From Paraspadella gotoi (lineage: Eukaryota; Animalia; Chaetognatha): a stretch of 64,000 nt of DNA. The position numbers and the translations under genes are program-made. The stretch is taken from NCBI GenBank assembly GCA_051294375.1, contig CM119267.1:19285246-19349245 (forward strand). The letters are read 5' to 3'. Within the stretch, counting starts at the first letter, position 1; each line of letters begins with the position of its first letter. Shown in pieces: positions 59,671 through 64,000 of this stretch. The notes below the pieces were generated by a model, which did no database searches, was not told where the DNA came from, and saw only the letters and a program-made list of their open reading frames with translations.

Positions 59671-61689
59671 AGAGTAGAAGAGAGGAGAGCAGCAGAGAGA
59701 AGAAGAGAGAGAGAGAAGAGAAGAGAAGAGTTGTAACGAGAGGTAAAAGTGTCGACCGGAAAATGTGAAAAAGGATGACATTTTAGAGACTCCAGAATTG
59801 AATTTGAAACGAAATTCAAAGTGAAGATGGCGACTAAAACGAAGTGGCTTGCCTCAAAATTGTTTGCTTTTACTATGAAAAAGTGCCACTTAAATAATAA
59901 AACAAAACTGCGAAAAGTACGAAAAATTAGAGATCATTGTGCTATTTTTTATCTGTTATTTAATATTAAATCTATTGTTTAAAGTCTAAAAGAGGAAAGC
60001 GAAGGAAGACTTTGAAAAGAGAAGAGATAAAAGAAATCCGAAATCCGTGTCAGAAATCAAGAAGACAAAGGAGAGAGAGGGAGAGAGAAAGCAGAGAGAG
60101 AAATCGGTAAAAAGAGAGAGAATGGAAGGAAGAAAAAGGGGAAAATAACAGCGAGAGTAAAGAGTAAGGAAAAGAGTGAATAAAGAGTGAAGAATTGAAT
60201 TGTAGCCGTAAGAAAGAAGAAGGGATGAATTAATAACCTATTATTATAAATTTAAAATGAATGTTGAATGTATAAACTATAAAGATTAATTAATAAATAA
60301 AAAGAAGAATAATCGAGGTTGAAAGATGTAAAAAGTGGCAAGTGATAGAAGTAGAAACGAGAGAAAGAAGAAGATTAATGAGAGAAAAAGGAAGAAATGT
60401 GAAGAAGTAGGAATTAAAATAAGAAAATAGGAAAAATAACGAGGGAAAGAATCAGAAATGCAGAGATTGATGAAAGAAAATAAAAGAAATGTGAAAAAAG
60501 ATGAAAGTAAAAAAAGGAAGAAATGAGGAGAAAGATGAAAGGAAAAAAAAGGAAGGAATGTGAAGAAAGATGAAAGGAAAAAAGGAAGGAATGTGAAGAA
60601 AGATGAAAGGAAAAAAGGAAGAAATGTGAAGAAAGATGAAAGGAAAAAAGGTAGAAATGTGAAGAAAGATGAAAGGAAAAAAGTAAAGAAATTGAATTAA
60701 GATGAAAGGAAAAAAGTAAGAAATGTTAAAAAAATGAAAGGGAAAAAGGAAGAAATTTGAAGAAAGATGAAAGGAAAAAAAGAAGAAATGTGAAGAAAGA
60801 TGAAAGGAAAAAAGGAAGAAATATGAAGAAAGATGAAAGGAAAAAAGGAAGGAATGTTAAAAAAGATGAAAGGAAAAAAGGAAGAAATGCTAAGAAAGAT
60901 GAAAGGAAAAAAATGAAGAAATGCTAAGAAAGATGAAAGGAAAAAGAGGAAGAAATGAGGAGAATGACGAGGGAAAGAAGGAAGGAAAGGATCNNNNNNN
61001 NNNNNNNNNNNNNNNNNNNNNNNNNNNNNNNNNNNNNNNNNNNNNNNNNNNNNNNNNNNNNNNNNNNNNNNNNNNNNNNNNNNNNNNNNNNNNNNNNNNN
61101 NNNNNNNNNNNNNNNNNNNNNNNNNNNNNNNNNNNNNNNNNNNNNNNNNNNNNNNNNNNNNNNNNNNNNNNNNNNNNNNNNNNNNNNNNNNNNNNNNNNN
61201 NNNNNNNNNNNNNNNNNNNNNNNNNNNNNNNNNNNNNNNNNNNNNNNNNNNNNNNNNNNNNNNNNNNNNNNNNNNNNNNNNNNNNNNNNNNNNNNNGCGG
61301 CGGCGGCGGTACCCACGGCAGCGCCGGCTCGAGAGATGGCGTCGTCGGGGGTTGGCGTCGGTGGAGTGGAAGTGGTAAAGGTATATCGGCGCCGGTAGAA
61401 ATCGGCGAAGGTCGTCGGAAGAACTAAGAATGGCGGAAAAGAATCATTCCGTTTATTCTGATCCGACGGAGGAAGAAGCCATGTTTTGTGTTTTGGTGTT
61501 TCTGTTTATTTTTGTCGTTGTTGTTGTTGTTGTTTTTTTATGTCGTTTTTGGTTGCCTTCAGTTGTTGTTGGCTTTTTTTTCGTCATTGAATTACGTTGT
61601 TCCTCATAAACGTATTTGTTTTCATGTTTTTCATATTTGTTCTAGTTTCGTCTCCATTGTTTCTCATCGACGCTTTTGTATTTATGTTT
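56381..61689. repeat. ~2.7-kb near-identical tandem duplication (56381-~58975 vs ~59064-61689)
   Basis: aagtgaataaggagaaaaaacgtgtc at 56441 and 59184; colinear to tatgttt at ~58961 and ~61683. Differences are mostly 1-nt indels. Confidence 0.92.
57770..58260. repeat. ~33-bp purine minisatellite (gaagaaagatgaaaggaaaaaaggaagaaatgt)n; second copy 60470-60970
   Basis: Direct reading. Confidence 0.9.
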
Positions 61690-62343
61690 NNNNNNNNNNN
61701 NNNNNNNNNNNNNNNNNNNNNNNNNNNNNNNNNNNNNNNNNNNNNNNNNNNNNNNNNNNNNNNNNNNNNNNNNNNNNNNNNNNNNNNNNNNNNNNNNNNN
61801 NNNNNNNNNNNNNNNNNNNNNNNNNNNNNNNNNNNNNNNNNNNNNNNNNNNNNNNNNNNNNNNNNNNNNNNNNNNNNNNNNNNNNNNNNNNNNNNNNNNN
61901 NNNNNNNNNNNNNNNNNNNNGTTTTCCCGTTTGACGAATCCCCGCGCATCAACCGACGGCCAACGCTAATCCCGAGCAATTTCTGGGCGACCCTAGATCA
62001 CCCCCCCCCCGACTCCCCCTTTTCAGCCTCCCTCTTTCCGTTATCGTCCCCCCGGGAGTCGTCGGCCCTCGATCGAACCAGATACGACTGTATCTCGATC
62101 CGACGCGAGTACAGTAAGTCGAGTAAACGGAGACGAAAGTGGATTTTGATTAGTCGGTCGTCGATGATAAGAACGAATGCACCTCGTTATGGAGAGAAAG
62201 CTCTGTCTCCCTCTCTATCACTCTTTTTTTTTTGTCTCTCTATTAGTATTACTCTCTGTCGTTCTTTCTTACTCACTCACTTTATTTATATATGTGTTTG
62301 TCTGTCTCTCAGTATTTTTGGCTCACTTATAAACTCTTTAGCC

Positions 62344-62453
<110 letters not shown>

Positions 62454-63565
62454 TATGACGAATGAGTCGATGGGCCAGGGAAGAGTTTATCAGCGACCGA
62501 AGCAGCAGACTTCGCTTCGATGCGCAAAAGTTTATGGAGGAGAAAAAGTGTTACGATTTCGGGTGAAGGAAGAATTTTGGGCTGAGTAATCAGNNNNNNN
62601 NNNGAAAGAAACAAACAAACAAACAAAGAAAGAAACAAAGAAAAAAAACAAAGAAAGAAACAAAGAAAGTAAAAAAAAAGAGAAAAAATAGGGAACCAAA
62701 TGAGGAAGGGAAAGGAGAAGAGCGGTTAGAAAAAAAGAGAAAGTAAAAAGAAAAAAAGAAAGAAATAAAAAAGAGAGAAAAAGGAATCAATTCGCAAAAA
62801 GAAAAAAGGGGAAAAAATCCCCTTGATGACGGCGCGAAACTCGCATGAAAGAACTCTCGAGCTCTGGAATACAAATCGTAAATAAATCGACAACAAAAGC
62901 AACAAAAGAGCATCGGGAAAGAGAAACAAGAGAAACCCATAGAAAAAGCCCGCCAACGGGATGAGACACCTCGTTAGCTACAACATCATCAGCGACAATA
63001 GGGAAGAGCAGTAGCGACGGCTTCGGTATGATGAGGAAGAATCAATATTTCAGCTGTAGCAACAGCTGTGACAATTTGGAACTGTCATTGCTACAGCATC
63101 ATTCTGTGGCAACAGGGAGAAGCAGCTGGTAAGGGCTACGAAATCATGAGCGGTAATTAGAATCAGAATCATAATAAGATTAAGAATCATTACTACAGCT
63201 CGGGAGAGTCATTGCAACAGCTGCAGCATCATTCTTCAAATCTTCATTCTAATAGAGAAGAGCCACCAAAACAGCTACAACAGACTAAACGGCAATGGGG
63301 TGAAGTCATTCCCACAGCTACAACATCAGCCCCAGCAATAGAATTAACTACAACATCATTCCGCAGCGAATTGCGACCTGAACTAACAAAGAACGAAAGG
63401 CAAACAACCAACGAAGTCGTCAAAGACAAAAACAAGAAGAAAAAAAACTGAATTACGGTAAACAAACATAAATCTTCGTGAATTAGGAAGAATGTGAAAA
63501 AAAAACTCGCGACGCCGTAAATTCGACTTCTCACGTTTTTCTCTTTTCTCTCTCCCCTCTAACCC

Positions 63566-63623
<58 letters not shown>

Positions 63624-63677
63624 GAAAGATAACTCAGGAATTCGGATCCGTTACCGAGCCAATATATTTTTTGAGGC

Positions 63678-63737
63678 CGCCGGGCCGGGCCGGGCCGGGC
63701 CGGGCTGAGCCGGGCCGGGCCGACGGGCCGACGGGCC
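63678..63737. repeat. (GCCGG)n GC-rich pentanucleotide repeat
   Basis: Direct reading. Confidence 0.9.
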
Positions 63738-64000
63738 TAAAGTAAAAGGGGGATTACAGCAGGGTGAAGGGAGATTTCGACATGGTGAAGGGATATTCTT
63801 CATTTTGTTGGGGTATTTGTTGCGCGGTGGATATAAGGCTATAAGGAAGAAGGCATCTGTTGTGTTATTTACGTGATTTCAAAGAGCGGAGATGTGAGCC
63901 GATTGCCAAGTGAAATGGTTCGCAGGATCGTTTGATGTGAAGTTAATCCGCTCGTCGTAGTTTAGCACTCATGGTTTGGGGACCTGTTATTAAAGTTAAG

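Overview
Eukaryotic (invertebrate animal) draft-assembly DNA, rich in (GA)n/(TC)n microsatellites and N gaps. Two synaptic genes are recognisable. (1) A clean six-exon discs large (dlg1/SAP97-PSD-95 family MAGUK) gene on + at 19470-23933 with L27, only two intact PDZ domains (PDZ1 has decayed in place), SH3 and GK. (2) A partial AMPA-type ionotropic glutamate receptor gene on the minus strand (14302 down past base 1). It is hidden from the ORF track by dense single-base indels that look like unpolished long-read errors, but its S1/M1, M2 (Q/R site), M3 (SYTANLAAF) and S2 exons can be read with canonical splice sites. Right after the exon ending at the R/G-site-equivalent codon there is a tandem array of at least five paralogous ~100-125 nt copies of the flip/flop cassette exon (consensus xCxSxxxLxLxExGxLxxLKxKWWxDRSECG), with no other receptor exons recognised between them. 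Nearby intronic sequences are complementary to one cassette. This looks like an expanded mutually-exclusive-exon array and is the most interesting signal. The rest of the window holds dispersed repeat families, a tRNA-derived SINE, a degraded L1/Tx1-like LINE, an unknown spliced ORF between ~400-bp direct repeats, and a ~2.7-kb near-identical tandem duplication. Translations of the error-rich exons were corrected by eye, so individual residues there are uncertain.
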